In this document: one piece after another, positions 9,111 through 20,000 of the stretch
Position numbering within the stretch: the stretch's first letter is position 1
Layout: each line of letters starts with the position of its first letter
IMG/VR virus record: IMGVR_UViG_3300023180_000042
Coordinates: 10,323-74,322 of that record
Reading direction: 5' to 3' (one strand)
Length of the DNA stretch: 64,000 bases
Origin: a virus
The notes under the pieces: generated by a model
Databases searched by the model: none
Told to the model about the DNA's origin: nothing
The model's input: the letters and a program-made list of their open reading frames with translations, nothing else
Position numbers and translations under genes: made by a program

Positions 9111-9464
9111 ATGGCAAGGTATGAAGAATTAACTATCGATCAGGGAACAGATGTTTCTCTTGACGTGTATCTTACGAACATCGATGGTTCACCAAAAGAT
9201 TTGTCTGGCTATTCAGCCGCGGCTAAAATGAGTACGCGGTATGACGTTGATAGCTCAGATAAAATCTCTTTCGACGCTTATGTCACTGTCCCTCCAACTG
9301 CCGGCATTGTTAACTTATCTTTGACAAACACCGTCACAGATACGCTAAATAGTAAAAGAAAATATGTTTACGATATGGAAATTTCATATCAAGACAGCGA
9401 TGCCAACACTATCGTAGAAAGAGTTCTTGAAGGACTTATAACAGTAACGCCTTCGGTAACATGA
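9111..9464 (+). CDS. Small beta-sandwich virion/baseplate adaptor protein
   Basis: IDQG.D...DLSGY.A...YVYD.EI...RVLEG.ITVTPSVT pattern typical of marine myovirus structural adaptors. Confidence 0.65.
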   Translation: MARYEELTIDQGTDVSLDVYLTNIDGSPKDLSGYSAAAKMSTRYDVDSSDKISFDAYVTVPPTAGIVNLSLTNTVTDTLNSKRKYVYDMEISYQDSDANTIVERVLEGLITVTPSVT

Positions 9465-9471
9465 GGTCAGT

Positions 9472-10623
9472 ATGTCAGTACAAGTAGGAAACAGGACATT
9501 AGTAAGCAAGATAACGTACGGTACACCTTATCGTACTGCTGTCATTTCTGCTAGTGCCGACATTGATGCAATCACAGGTCTTGTCACATCAGGTGCAGTA
9601 GACGGCTCTCTCTTTGAATACGACTCAGCGTCAGGCAACTGGAAAGCCACGTTAACACTTCGAAAGCAGATTATCGATGGTCGTGTTTATCCGTCTGACT
9701 CAGATCGTGCACAGATTCTTATTCGGCGCTCGGGCACTCAGGGCGATCCACTTGTTTTAAGAACAGGTGAATTAGCATACTCATATCTTTCAGACTCTGG
9801 TAGTTCCGCAGACGGCTTCGGCTTAGGCGGTGATCGTCTGTTTATTGGTGCTGGCGGCGATTCGTCAGTTGCGGGTGTACTACAAGCAGAGCGCATCGAT
9901 GTAATCGGTGGTAAGTATTTTACTGATCTACTGAATCATCCACATGGTGTGCTAACTGCTTCTAGTGCGATTATAACAGACTCCGAAGGTAAAGTCAATA
10001 CTTTAAAAGCTGGCTCGCTAGAACTAGACAGTGCTACGCTGGGTAGACTGGCGGTATCTGATTCTGCAATCTTTAACGATCTGCAAGTTCTTGGCACACA
10101 AACCATTGTAGAAATTATTGCTGATCGTATCAACGTTGACAACCTCACTGTTGATAGTAGTCTGAGTGTTCTAGGACTAGCCTCGTTCAACGACAGTGCA
10201 ACCTTTGCTGGTAAAATTACTGTAAGTGGTGCTGGTGTATTTGATGATACACTCGATGTAGCAGGACTTACCACACTCGATTCTGCTGTTATAAACAATC
10301 TGAGGGTTGATTCTAGCCTTGAAATTCCTGGCTCATTGACCATTGCAGGCACTACTACGTTTGACTCTACTGCAACGTTCAATGGTGAAGTCAACATTGG
10401 CGAAAGAACACTAAGCGAGTTTATTGATAGCGATGTGTTCCAATTGTTACGTGCAGGTCAGGCTATCATCTTAACATATGCAGATGATAGTGACAAATTA
10501 ACGATTTCAGTTCCAACAGCTACGGCTAATACACCTGGAGTTGCGTTCTTCGACTCAGCGCAGTTCACTGTCGATTCAAACGGTCAGGTTTCATTGCTGG
10601 AATTTGAAGGCGGTGACTTTTAA
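9472..10623 (+). CDS. Tail-fibre-like virion protein, Asp-Ser rich
   Basis: GELAYS/DRLFIG...VIGGKYFTDLL fibre motif and beta-rich repeats; 16 DS dipeptides. Confidence 0.65.
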   Translation: MSVQVGNRTLVSKITYGTPYRTAVISASADIDAITGLVTSGAVDGSLFEYDSASGNWKATLTLRKQIIDGRVYPSDSDRAQILIRRSGTQGDPLVLRTGELAYSYLSDSGSSADGFGLGGDRLFIGAGGDSSVAGVLQAERIDVIGGKYFTDLLNHPHGVLTASSAIITDSEGKVNTLKAGSLELDSATLGRLAVSDSAIFNDLQVLGTQTIVEIIADRINVDNLTVDSSLSVLGLASFNDSATFAGKITVSGAGVFDDTLDVAGLTTLDSAVINNLRVDSSLEIPGSLTIAGTTTFDSTATFNGEVNIGERTLSEFIDSDVFQLLRAGQAIILTYADDSDKLTISVPTATANTPGVAFFDSAQFTVDSNGQVSLLEFEGGDF

Positions 10624-10658
10624 TAAATAGAACAATATCGGTAGGATAGAGACTTAAC

Positions 10659-13600
10659 ATGGCAATAACAAAAATTATCCATAAAAAGACGAGTGTCCCG
10701 GAGAAACGTCCGGGCATCGCCGATATCGAGCTTGGTGAAATTGCGATCAATACGTTTGATGGCAAGATGTTCATCAAACAAGATAGAAATGGTGAGGTTG
10801 ACATTGTTCAAGTCGGTGACGATCCTACACCCAACGTATACTATGTTTCTAAATCAGGTAAGAATGGAAACTTAGGTACGTCTCTTTCTGATGCATTCCG
10901 CACAATTGACTCTGCTGTCGATCTTATCACAACACTCAAAGATTTTGATTTTGACGAAGGTATTTGTCGAAGAGACTTGGGTCTCATTCTTGATGGTCTA
11001 CAGTTTGATATTGCTTTTGGAACAAACTATAACGCAGTAACGTCTGGTCTCGCATATCAAAGAGGCAGTGTAAGTGCGGTCAAAGTTATTGAAGAGCAAA
11101 TCGTTGCTACACGAAGTGCATTCAACGAAGCAAAGGGTGCTATCGCTTCCCTAGATCCTGTTAAAGCAAGCACTGGCGATGATGGTGCACTTGCAAGAAA
11201 TGCTAGACACTGGGCAGAGGTTGTTGATATTCTTGTCAACGGAACGCAAAGCACAGAAAACTTTGCTGACTCTATCGAATATCCAGTTCCTGTTGTTCTG
11301 CCTACAGCAGACGCAGATGATGCGGCTGTCATTCTACAGAACAACCGTGAGTATCTAAAGAACGAATTAGTCCAGTACATTGCAGAGAACTTCCCTGCTC
11401 TTACTTATGACCGAGACTTGTGTTCGCGTGACACAGGATACATCATCGATGCTGTAACGCTCGATTTGATGCTCGGTACAAACTTCAACTCCGTCACTGC
11501 GGGCTCTGCATATTATAGAGGAAATGCATCTGCGCAGTTGGTGATCAGTGATCAGCTAGAAGGAACAGTTGGTGCAATCAACGAATTAGGTCGTTTGATT
11601 GGCGAACTTGCCATCGACTCTGATTCTCGGGTAAATGTTACAAGCAGTATTGCAGAGATTACTGACATTATTAGCAACGGTCTTGATGGTGCTGATGCGT
11701 TTACTTATCCTGCGGCTCCTGCATCTACAGCAAATCAACAAACAGCCGCTACTGCAATTCAGTCTAATCGAACAGCAATCATCAACTCGACGATTGCTTG
11801 GATCGACAGTAACTATCCAGCATTGTCTTACAACTCTGCTACTTGTGGTCGTGACGTAGGATTTGTACTTGACGGCTTGACACACGATATTCTCTATGGT
11901 GGTAACTATCAGTCTCGTAGAAGTGCTGATGCATACTTCTCTAATGCTGTAAGTCAGTTGGGCGATTCTGAAACATTACCTACTGTTGCGGCATATGACG
12001 AACTAAAGAACATCGTCAACACTTATGTCACAACTTCAACAGAGCAAGCCCGTGTCAACGACTTGATCGAAATTGTAAACGAAGTTCTTGAAGCCGGTAA
12101 TGTTGCTGTACTCAGACCTCTCGTTTATCCAAACTTTACAGGTATTGACGGCACAACAACTGCATCTTACAATTTGATTCTAGCCGACTCTGCTAATCTT
12201 AAAGCGGGCGTGATTGCATATGCCGATCAGAATGGTCCTGCAACGTATGATCGTGTTCGCTGTAAGCGAGACGTTGGTTTCATCGTAGACGGCTTGACAT
12301 TTGACGTTCTGTATGGTGGTAACTTTGCGAGCGATATTGTTGCACGTGCATACTTCTCGTTTGGCACAAATCAGTTGGGAGACAGTGCTTCTGATCCTGA
12401 AGTTGTCGCGACAGTATCGACTTATCAGCACCTGAAGCAGATTGTTGACGAATTGCTTTCTAACAGCCTGTCTTCTAATTTGTACGAGCAAGGAACTTGG
12501 CCAGGTGCTGGTGTTGGTCCTGACTCTTCTGGTAATGGCGGTAACTACTCTACTGCAACTGAAGCGCAGGTCACAAATGACTTGCTAGACAATTTGATCA
12601 CTGTTATTACAGAGGGAAGTCTTGCCAGTATCGATTCTGTACAAGAGCCTAGCCTTGCGGCTCGTGCTGTTCCTATCGAGTTAAGAAACGCTGTTCAGTC
12701 TATTAACGACGAACGAAACCTCATTATTACTCAATCAGTACAGCGAGCGCAAGCTACAAATGATATTACAATTTATCTCAAGTCGGGTGATTATGTAATT
12801 AATAACCCAATTCAGCTACCTGAGAAGGTTGCTATCGTGGGCGACAACTTGAGAACAACGACGATTCGTCCGTTTAGCGTAGACTCTGATTTGTTCTATG
12901 TGAGAAGCGGATGTTTCTTGAAAGACATTACGTTCCGAGATCATCAAAGCGGAGCGGCTTGCGTAGCATTTAACCCGAACGTTGACTCGCCAAGAGCAGG
13001 TCCGTTTATTGTACAGTCTCCTTACGTACAGAACTGTACGTCGATTACTACTGACGGTATTGGTATGAAGATCGACGGTTCGAAATGTTGGGGTCTGCGT
13101 TCGATGGTATCTGACGCATTCACTCAGTACAACGCGGCTGGTACTGGCGTATATCTACTCAATCGTGGTTATGCGCAGTTGGTATCGATCTTTACGATTT
13201 CGACTGCAACATCTATTCTTGCTGAAACTGGTGGTCAGTGTTCTATCACTAACTCTAACACCAGCTTTGGTGACTTTGGTCTTATCGCACGAGGTAGTAG
13301 CCCAGTTCTTTACTCTGGTATTCTCGACTCTGATTATGCCAAGTTTGATGATGTGATGCAAGTGAATGAGATTATTAATCTTGATTCGGCAGACTGGCTA
13401 AATCCATACGGCGAGTATAAGAAGCCGAACTATGGTGATGCGATAAAGTTTGACTCAGAAGATTACTATTACACATGTCTTGGCGTCGATTCAGTTGCAC
13501 CTGGTGTTTATAACATCACATTCCAGCCACCGTTGAACCAAGACATGAGACGTAATCAGAAAATTAGTTTTGTTCAACGTTCTGTTATCACATCATCTTC

Positions 13601-13868
13601 ACACACGTTTGAATACGTGGGTGCGGGTACGAACACCTTTACTGCTATTCCTCAGAATGGTGGTATTCCTGATCCTACAAAAGAAGTTATTTTCGATTCT
13701 GAGACGAACGAAGGTCTGGTGGTATTCACGAGTACGGACCAGCTGGGTGACTTTAGAATTGGTGCTGAACTGACAATTCGTAGACAGGCAGGTCGAATCG
13801 AGGGCGAGACGTTCGAAAGATCGTTGTACGCAATTCTAACTCCATACATTCTAGCACTAGAGGGTTGA
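10659..13868 (+). CDS. Large virion protein: fibre-type N-terminus, four CxRD helical repeats, pectin-lyase-like beta-helix
   Basis: GEIAINTFDGKMF N-terminus. The beta-helix start (YYVSKSG...AFRTI / IYLKSGDY...IVGDNLR...QSPYVQNCT) is split by 4 repeats. Confidence 0.7.
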   Translation: MAITKIIHKKTSVPEKRPGIADIELGEIAINTFDGKMFIKQDRNGEVDIVQVGDDPTPNVYYVSKSGKNGNLGTSLSDAFRTIDSAVDLITTLKDFDFDEGICRRDLGLILDGLQFDIAFGTNYNAVTSGLAYQRGSVSAVKVIEEQIVATRSAFNEAKGAIASLDPVKASTGDDGALARNARHWAEVVDILVNGTQSTENFADSIEYPVPVVLPTADADDAAVILQNNREYLKNELVQYIAENFPALTYDRDLCSRDTGYIIDAVTLDLMLGTNFNSVTAGSAYYRGNASAQLVISDQLEGTVGAINELGRLIGELAIDSDSRVNVTSSIAEITDIISNGLDGADAFTYPAAPASTANQQTAATAIQSNRTAIINSTIAWIDSNYPALSYNSATCGRDVGFVLDGLTHDILYGGNYQSRRSADAYFSNAVSQLGDSETLPTVAAYDELKNIVNTYVTTSTEQARVNDLIEIVNEVLEAGNVAVLRPLVYPNFTGIDGTTTASYNLILADSANLKAGVIAYADQNGPATYDRVRCKRDVGFIVDGLTFDVLYGGNFASDIVARAYFSFGTNQLGDSASDPEVVATVSTYQHLKQIVDELLSNSLSSNLYEQGTWPGAGVGPDSSGNGGNYSTATEAQVTNDLLDNLITVITEGSLASIDSVQEPSLAARAVPIELRNAVQSINDERNLIITQSVQRAQATNDITIYLKSGDYVINNPIQLPEKVAIVGDNLRTTTIRPFSVDSDLFYVRSGCFLKDITFRDHQSGAACVAFNPNVDSPRAGPFIVQSPYVQNCTSITTDGIGMKIDGSKCWGLRSMVSDAFTQYNAAGTGVYLLNRGYAQLVSIFTISTATSILAETGGQCSITNSNTSFGDFGLIARGSSPVLYSGILDSDYAKFDDVMQVNEIINLDSADWLNPYGEYKKPNYGDAIKFDSEDYYYTCLGVDSVAPGVYNITFQPPLNQDMRRNQKISFVQRSVITSSSHTFEYVGAGTNTFTAIPQNGGIPDPTKEVIFDSETNEGLVVFTSTDQLGDFRIGAELTIRRQAGRIEGETFERSLYAILTPYILALEG

Positions 13869-13871
13869 TAC

Positions 13872-14240
13872 ATGGCTATCCCACTAAATACATTTAAAAC
13901 GACAACTGCGGTAGTTCCGGAGGAACCCCCCGGCGGATTTACCGGGGATAGCGATGTCATCTACGTTGTTCCTGCGGGGATTACAGCAATTGTGCTTATG
14001 GCGCAGATTGCGAATCTAGACTCTGCTGAACACACAGTAACGTTCACTCACTATGATCGTGACGAAGTACTGAACACAGAACTTGTGAAGGATCTTCCTG
14101 TTCTGCCGAAAGACGCTGTTGGTGTGATTACTGGTAAGTTGATCGTAGAAGAAACAAATAGAGTTAGATGCTCGGGTTCTACTGGCTCAAGTGGCAAACT
14201 CAAACTAGTATTAAGTTATCTGGAATCTCTAAATGGCTAA
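13872..14240 (+). CDS. Small virion structural protein
   Basis: LNTFKT...IYVVPAG.TAIVLMAQIAN...GKLIVE...LSYLES pattern seen in marine myoviruses. Confidence 0.6.
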   Translation: MAIPLNTFKTTTAVVPEEPPGGFTGDSDVIYVVPAGITAIVLMAQIANLDSAEHTVTFTHYDRDEVLNTELVKDLPVLPKDAVGVITGKLIVEETNRVRCSGSTGSSGKLKLVLSYLESLNG

Positions 14241-15459
14241 ACGAATAGAACACGTTAGCGGACGTGTAAAACTAAGAGATCCGAGTCAGTTAGATTCTGA
14301 TCGCTTTATTTACATTACGCTAGATCAAGCGGAAGCAAACTTTGGACGACCTGATTCAGATCGTCTATTAGTCATTTCTAATGTCGATGGCACGAGACTG
14401 TTCACCGACGAAATTGCGCTGGGCGGTCTTGCTTTCAAACCCGGCTCGCTTGATTCTGCGGATTCTGCTTCGCTATATGCTCTATTTGTTAAAGGCGATC
14501 CTTTCGACGGTACAGTTGATAGTGTTGCCGTCAAGAAACTTTCTGAAGCTTTCTTCGAAGAAGACACACTTGATACGGTCACAACTCGTGGCAATACTAC
14601 GACAAACACAATCGATGTTGGCAGAGTTATTGCTGACAGTGCGTTTATTTCTGGTCGATTAATTGTAGGCGGTGATCTTCAGGTCAACGGCACAACTACC
14701 ACGATCAATTCTACAGAACTGTCTATTAACGACAAGAACATTGTACTGGCTGACAGCGCCCTAAGTGCGGCAGCCGCAGACAGTGCAGGTATTACGGTTG
14801 CTGGTGCAAACGCACAAATTTACTACAAAGCCGCCAGCGACACATGGAATCTAAACAAAGCAACGATCTTTGACTCTACCGTTGAAATCAACAACACGTT
14901 GACTCTTAACAATGTAGAAAGAAGACAGACGACTTTAGTTCTTTATCTTGATGAAATTACAGGTGAAGTAGTTGCAGGCGATCCTTCGGGTGATAGTGCA
15001 GAAGGTGCAATTGCATCGAAGCAGATACAAGTTGTCAATGTCAATGACAGCAACGAATATCATCCATTATTCGTACGTGATTATATCGGCATTGACAGTA
15101 TCAACACTGATATTCAATTCACATACAATCCTGGTCTAGACAGAATTAGTGTTGGTCGACTTGAACTGAATCAACTCGATTCACAAGAAGGCGTTACTCG
15201 ATTCTTGGTACTGAACGATTCTGATCAGGTACGTTTTAGAAACTTAGGCGGTCTTTCTCTTCTCGACTCAGAAACAGATACACTGCAAACTGTAACAAGA
15301 CGTGGTGATTCTACTGATCAGCCAATTACCGTTAAGAAACTTACGACAGTTGACAGTGCATCAATTGGAGGCGACTTGCAGTTCCAAGGTGCACTCCGAG
15401 ACGAACAAGGCTTCAGACTAGTAATCTATGATTCTGCTGGACTTGTGCTTTGGGGCTAA
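14233..15459 (+). CDS. Tail-fibre-like virion protein, Asp-Ser rich
   Basis: GDLQVNGTTTTINST..I.DKNIVL and DTL.TVT.RG motifs; 18 DS dipeptides. Confidence 0.65.
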   Translation: MAKRIEHVSGRVKLRDPSQLDSDRFIYITLDQAEANFGRPDSDRLLVISNVDGTRLFTDEIALGGLAFKPGSLDSADSASLYALFVKGDPFDGTVDSVAVKKLSEAFFEEDTLDTVTTRGNTTTNTIDVGRVIADSAFISGRLIVGGDLQVNGTTTTINSTELSINDKNIVLADSALSAAAADSAGITVAGANAQIYYKAASDTWNLNKATIFDSTVEINNTLTLNNVERRQTTLVLYLDEITGEVVAGDPSGDSAEGAIASKQIQVVNVNDSNEYHPLFVRDYIGIDSINTDIQFTYNPGLDRISVGRLELNQLDSQEGVTRFLVLNDSDQVRFRNLGGLSLLDSETDTLQTVTRRGDSTDQPITVKKLTTVDSASIGGDLQFQGALRDEQGFRLVIYDSAGLVLWG

Positions 15460-15471
15460 TAGGAGAAATCG

Positions 15472-16227
15472 ATGGCATCACCTACAACACGCAACGAACT
15501 GATTGATTTTTGCTTGCGCAGACTCGGAGAGCCTGTGCTTGAAATCAACGTGGACGTTGATCAGATTGAAGATAAAGTAGATGATGCGATTCAAAAATAT
15601 CAAGAGTTTCACAGTGATGCTACGATTCGAACTTATCTGAAGCACCAAATCACTGCGACTGATGTGGCGAACAAGTACATTCCTGTTTCGTCTGACATTA
15701 TTTTTGTTTCGAAAGTATTTCCGATCTCTACTACATTCAGCACCACAGGTAATCTTTTTGATATTCGCTATCAGATGTTCTTAAACAATATGGGCGACTT
15801 CATTAATTTTGCTGGTGACTTATCTTATCTGTATCAGATGGAACAGTACTTAAGTATGATCGACATGCAGTTGCATGGTCATCCTCAAGTAACGTTCTCT
15901 CGTAGACAGAATCGTCTTTATGTGTTTGGCGATTTTGAAGACGAAGATTTGCAAGAAGGAGATTATTTGGTTGCAGAGATTTATCAAACCATTGATCCCG
16001 AAACACATACAAGCATCTACAATGATATGTTTATCAAAGACTATACGACCGCTTTGATCAAACAACAATGGGGTGCTAATCTCAGTAAATTCGAAGGTAT
16101 GCAATTACCTGGTGGAGTTACGATGAACGGTCGTCAAATCTACGAAGACGCAACGGCTGACATTGAACGACTTGAAGAGAAACTGAGAAACGAACAAGAA
16201 CTTCCGGTCGATTTCTTTGTAGGGTAA
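15472..16227 (+). CDS. gp13: Neck protein gp13
   Basis: LRRLG.PV.EINV...KQQWG.NLSKF.G.QLPGGVT.NG; synteny. Confidence 0.9.
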   Translation: MASPTTRNELIDFCLRRLGEPVLEINVDVDQIEDKVDDAIQKYQEFHSDATIRTYLKHQITATDVANKYIPVSSDIIFVSKVFPISTTFSTTGNLFDIRYQMFLNNMGDFINFAGDLSYLYQMEQYLSMIDMQLHGHPQVTFSRRQNRLYVFGDFEDEDLQEGDYLVAEIYQTIDPETHTSIYNDMFIKDYTTALIKQQWGANLSKFEGMQLPGGVTMNGRQIYEDATADIERLEEKLRNEQELPVDFFVG

Positions 16228-16228
16228 G

Positions 16229-17116
16229 ATGGCGACGAATAGGTATTTCAGACAAGGTGCGACATCGGAGCAGATTCTCTATGAAGATTTAATCATCGAG
16301 TCTCTTAAGATATATGGTCAAGATGTTTACTACCTGCCTCGCGAGATAGTCAAAAGAGACACAATCTTTGGCGACGATTCGACTTCGCGTTTTGATAATG
16401 CCTATCGATTAGAAATGTATATTGAAAACGTCGAAGGATTCGACGGCGAGGGTGATCTGTTCACAAAGTTTGGTGTAGAAATTCGTGATGCCGCAACGTT
16501 CATTGTAGCACGGCGTCGATGGAAAAGTCAAGTACAATTCTACGAAAATACTGATGAAAAGCCCATGTATCGTCCACGCGAGGGCGATCTGATCTATCTC
16601 ACGCTGTCAGATTCTTTCTTTGAGATTACAAAGGTAGAGACTGAGAATCCATTCTATCAGTTAAAAGATTTGCCTGTCTTTAGAATTCGTGCAGAACTCT
16701 TTGAGTACAATGATGAAGACTTTGATACAGGTCTTGATCTCGATGACATTGAACAACAAGCATTCCAGAGACTGGTCACATTTGATCTTGCGAACATGAC
16801 AGGTAAATTTGAAGTGGGCGACACGTTGACACAGACAAATCCAAATGGCTTCACTATTACAGGTGATGTTGTGAAGATTGATGCTTCGATTCCTTCGTCG
16901 TATAAAGTCTATATTGCTCACGCAGGCGCAGATGATGGTGCGTATCATACATTCAGTGCTGACTATCGTATTGAAAACGAAGACGGTATTGGTGGAAAAC
17001 CTTCTATAGTGAATCAAGAAATACTAGAAGAAGGTGCGCAGAACACAGACTTCGACACTGAAGCGTCTGGCATCATCGATTTCTCTGAATCTAATCCGTT
17101 TGGAGATCCTGCATAA
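16229..17116 (+). CDS. gp14: Neck protein gp14
   Basis: EQ.LYEDLIIES.KIYGQDVYYLPR, RPREGDLIY, DFSESNPFG. Confidence 0.9.
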   Translation: MATNRYFRQGATSEQILYEDLIIESLKIYGQDVYYLPREIVKRDTIFGDDSTSRFDNAYRLEMYIENVEGFDGEGDLFTKFGVEIRDAATFIVARRRWKSQVQFYENTDEKPMYRPREGDLIYLTLSDSFFEITKVETENPFYQLKDLPVFRIRAELFEYNDEDFDTGLDLDDIEQQAFQRLVTFDLANMTGKFEVGDTLTQTNPNGFTITGDVVKIDASIPSSYKVYIAHAGADDGAYHTFSADYRIENEDGIGGKPSIVNQEILEEGAQNTDFDTEASGIIDFSESNPFGDPA

Positions 17117-18498
17117 TGTTTGGCACTTACTTCTATCATCAAAGAATTCGAAAAGCAGTGGCTGTGTTTGGCTCGCTGTTTAATAATCTAAATGTTCTTA
17201 GAACAAATGCGGCTGGTGATATTATCAGTCAAGTTAAGGTGCCTTTATCTTATGCACCCAAGAGAGACTTTCTGGCTAGAATCGACGCAATGAACAACGG
17301 CGAAGAGGCTGAGCGTCAGATCGCAATCAAGTTGCCAAGAATGTCCTTTGAAATTATGTCGATGAACTACGATGCTACTCGACAGTTACCTAAGATGAAT
17401 AAGTGTGTGACGTTTCCTGATAACTTTTCGGGAAGTGCACAAGAGATTTACACACCAGTACCCTACTCGATTGGCTTTCAACTGAACGTATACGCAAAGT
17501 CGCAAGACGATGCACTACAAATTGTAGAGCAAATCTTGCCCTACTTTACGCCTCAGTACACCGTTACAGTCAAGCCACTTTCTGATTTTGACACGAAAGA
17601 AGATACGCCGATCACACTAACTGGTATTACGTTCCAAGACGATTACGATGGACCATTAGAAGCGCGTAGAACGATTATATACACACTCGACTTTGAAATG
17701 AAGTTGAGTCTGTATAAAAATGTTTCGTCTTCCAGTTCGATCATTACACAAGCCACTGTTAACTTTTACGAAATTGATAAGACTGATATTCTATCGTCTG
17801 TTGTTCTTGATTCGTTCACTACAGAAGGTCTGAGCGGTAAGATTGCAGAAGATGATGGTACGTTAACAAACAACAATTTTAAGATTCGATTTGCACCAAG
17901 AGAAATTACTTCAATAGAAGTGTCATCAAATCCACAGAATGGAACAGCCACAGCATCACTGACATCAAATACAACAACCACAACTGGTCGTATTACTGCG
18001 AACGGTTCATGGTCTTATACACCGAACGCTGACTGGCACGGCACAGACACATTTACAATTCGTGCTAACATTACTGGTGGTGGTAGCGTAGAGCGTACAG
18101 TTACCGTTGTTGTTGGTCCGACTGAACGTGACACATTCGATCAAACTGAATTTATTAATGTTGGTGCAGGTGAGGCGTTCCTTGATATCTTTGTAGGAAC
18201 AACCGATCAATTTGAAACGACTGGCGGCGTAACATATTCTATTGCCGCTGGTGGATATCCAAACCATGGTTCTTTGTCAGTAACCAACGCAAATACTGGC
18301 GAATTTAAATATATACCAGATGCAGGCTTTGATGGCTCAGATAGTTTTGTTTACAGAGCGACTCCAGCTGGCGGCAAGTCTGAAGTAGGAATTGTTTCTA
18401 TTACCGTTGTTTCAACAGCAAACATTATGGCGGCTGAAAACGGAGAAATCTTAACAATCGAACAAGCTTCTGATGACATCTTAGAACTAGAACAATAA
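17116..18498 (+). CDS. gp15: Tail sheath stabiliser gp15 with C-terminal Ig/cadherin-like (Big_9-type) extension
   Basis: FG.YFYH..IRK...FGSLFN, KVPLSYAPK and QIVEQILPYF.P, then YTPNADWHGTDTF and YIPDAGFDGSDSF repeats. Confidence 0.85.
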   Translation: MFGTYFYHQRIRKAVAVFGSLFNNLNVLRTNAAGDIISQVKVPLSYAPKRDFLARIDAMNNGEEAERQIAIKLPRMSFEIMSMNYDATRQLPKMNKCVTFPDNFSGSAQEIYTPVPYSIGFQLNVYAKSQDDALQIVEQILPYFTPQYTVTVKPLSDFDTKEDTPITLTGITFQDDYDGPLEARRTIIYTLDFEMKLSLYKNVSSSSSIITQATVNFYEIDKTDILSSVVLDSFTTEGLSGKIAEDDGTLTNNNFKIRFAPREITSIEVSSNPQNGTATASLTSNTTTTTGRITANGSWSYTPNADWHGTDTFTIRANITGGGSVERTVTVVVGPTERDTFDQTEFINVGAGEAFLDIFVGTTDQFETTGGVTYSIAAGGYPNHGSLSVTNANTGEFKYIPDAGFDGSDSFVYRATPAGGKSEVGIVSITVVSTANIMAAENGEILTIEQASDDILELEQ

Positions 18499-18510
18499 CG
18501 AGGAATAGAA

Positions 18511-19245
18511 ATGGCAACTGTAAAAATATCGCAACTGGCACCAATGATCGGGACTCCTGATAGCGATGATTTTATTGCAATCGTTGACGCCAGTTTGTCA
18601 GAGACAAAAAGAATTCTGGTCAGTGATTTTCTTTCAGGAATTGATAGCGTTGCGAATGCAACATTTGCCATTCAAGCCACTTATGCTGATAGCGCACTTG
18701 ATGCTAGATTTGCAGTTGTAGCAAATAGAGCATTTGTCGCTGATAGCGTTGCAGTTGCGGCTTCGGCATTAACTGCTGACGCCGCTGACAGTGCAACAAA
18801 TGCAACGAATGCAATCCTTGCTCTAAGGGCAAACAGTGCTGACAGTGCGACAAACGCAACTTTCGCTAATTATGCTCAACGGGCTGAAACTGCCGACAGC
18901 GCCACAACAGCCGCTTTTGCATTCAGAGCGGATTACTTAACGTTAGATAGTGTTGGTAACGCCACTTTCGCATTTACTGCTGACAGTGCAAATAGAGCAA
19001 CGCGAGCAATTTTTGCTGATCGAGCAGGATTTGCAGATTATGTCAGTCAAGATAGCGACCTTATTTGGGGCGCCGCGGCGCCATCATCTGTTGATAGTGC
19101 ACTTGATTATTTGAAAAACAATCTGAATGCTTATTCTACTGACAGTGCTGCCCTCTGGACTGGTTCAGCACCAACAACGATTGATAGTGCTTTAGACAGA
19201 TTGGCACTTGTTGTTAGAACATTGAATGGCGGTACTGGCGCATAA
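18511..19245 (+). CDS. Fibre-like protein 1 with KISxL N-terminal module and Ala-x-x repeats
   Basis: MATVKISQL start; ADSATNA-type repeats; 13 DS. Confidence 0.65.
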   Translation: MATVKISQLAPMIGTPDSDDFIAIVDASLSETKRILVSDFLSGIDSVANATFAIQATYADSALDARFAVVANRAFVADSVAVAASALTADAADSATNATNAILALRANSADSATNATFANYAQRAETADSATTAAFAFRADYLTLDSVGNATFAFTADSANRATRAIFADRAGFADYVSQDSDLIWGAAAPSSVDSALDYLKNNLNAYSTDSAALWTGSAPTTIDSALDRLALVVRTLNGGTGA

Positions 19246-19249
19246 CCTA

Positions 19250-19257
19250 TATAAATA
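19250..19257 (+). promoter_or_regulatory. T4-type late promoter
   Basis: Intergenic TATAAATA. Confidence 0.8.
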
Positions 19258-19286
19258 AGAGAAAGATTTTCAATTGAGGATATAAA

Positions 19287-20000
19287 ATGGCAATTGCAGG
19301 CGTTAAAATATCGAGTCTTCGGGAGCTGACTAATGCCGAAGATAATGATTACATCGTCATCAATGACTTTAGCACGACCACTACTAAGAAGATTAGTAGG
19401 GAAAATTTTCTTAGGAACTCTACTAACGTAAGAGACTCTGGTGAGAATGGCGCGTTTATCCAAACGCTTACGTGCAACTCCCTTGACGTAAACGTGGATG
19501 CGGCTATTAATGGATCGACAACTATTGGTGCTGATCTTAGTGTTAATGGCACCATTACTTTTGATAATCTAAAAGACGCTGTTGAGAACATTATCATCAC
19601 TAAGTTTGTTGATGAAGCGGACGGTATTTCGTCTAATGACGATGACGTTTCTATTCCTACATCTGCGGCTGTTAAAGATTACGTCGATGGTGCTGTATCT
19701 GACCATCGTGCAAAAATTGTACATGGCGAAACTCAGAATGGTTTGAGTCTTGTCAATCAACTGAAAGTCTATCAAACAGAATATGTAAAAGAAGTAGGCG
19801 CCTTTGAAGAAGGAATCTTTGATTCGTTAATTGCACATGAGGTACAAGAGATTGTTCCTTATGTTGTGCTTGGTGAAAAAGATGCTGTACATCGTGACGG
19901 TAAGCCTAACTATCAGAAAATTAATTATCAGAAATTGGTACCCATATTGATCACTGCTATTCAGGAGTTGTCAAGACAAATTGAAGAACTTAGGAGCTAA
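19287..20000 (+). CDS. Fibre-like protein 2 with C-terminal intramolecular chaperone (peptidase S74-like) domain
   Basis: KISSL N-terminus; SDHRAK...LIAHEVQEIVP...INYQKLVPILITAIQEL. Confidence 0.75.
   Translation: MAIAGVKISSLRELTNAEDNDYIVINDFSTTTTKKISRENFLRNSTNVRDSGENGAFIQTLTCNSLDVNVDAAINGSTTIGADLSVNGTITFDNLKDAVENIIITKFVDEADGISSNDDDVSIPTSAAVKDYVDGAVSDHRAKIVHGETQNGLSLVNQLKVYQTEYVKEVGAFEEGIFDSLIAHEVQEIVPYVVLGEKDAVHRDGKPNYQKINYQKLVPILITAIQELSRQIEELRS

Noticed and set aside
10693-10720. GC-rich hairpins near gene starts (also ~13926-13947)
   Set aside because: Inside coding sequence with no U-tract; no support for a function.
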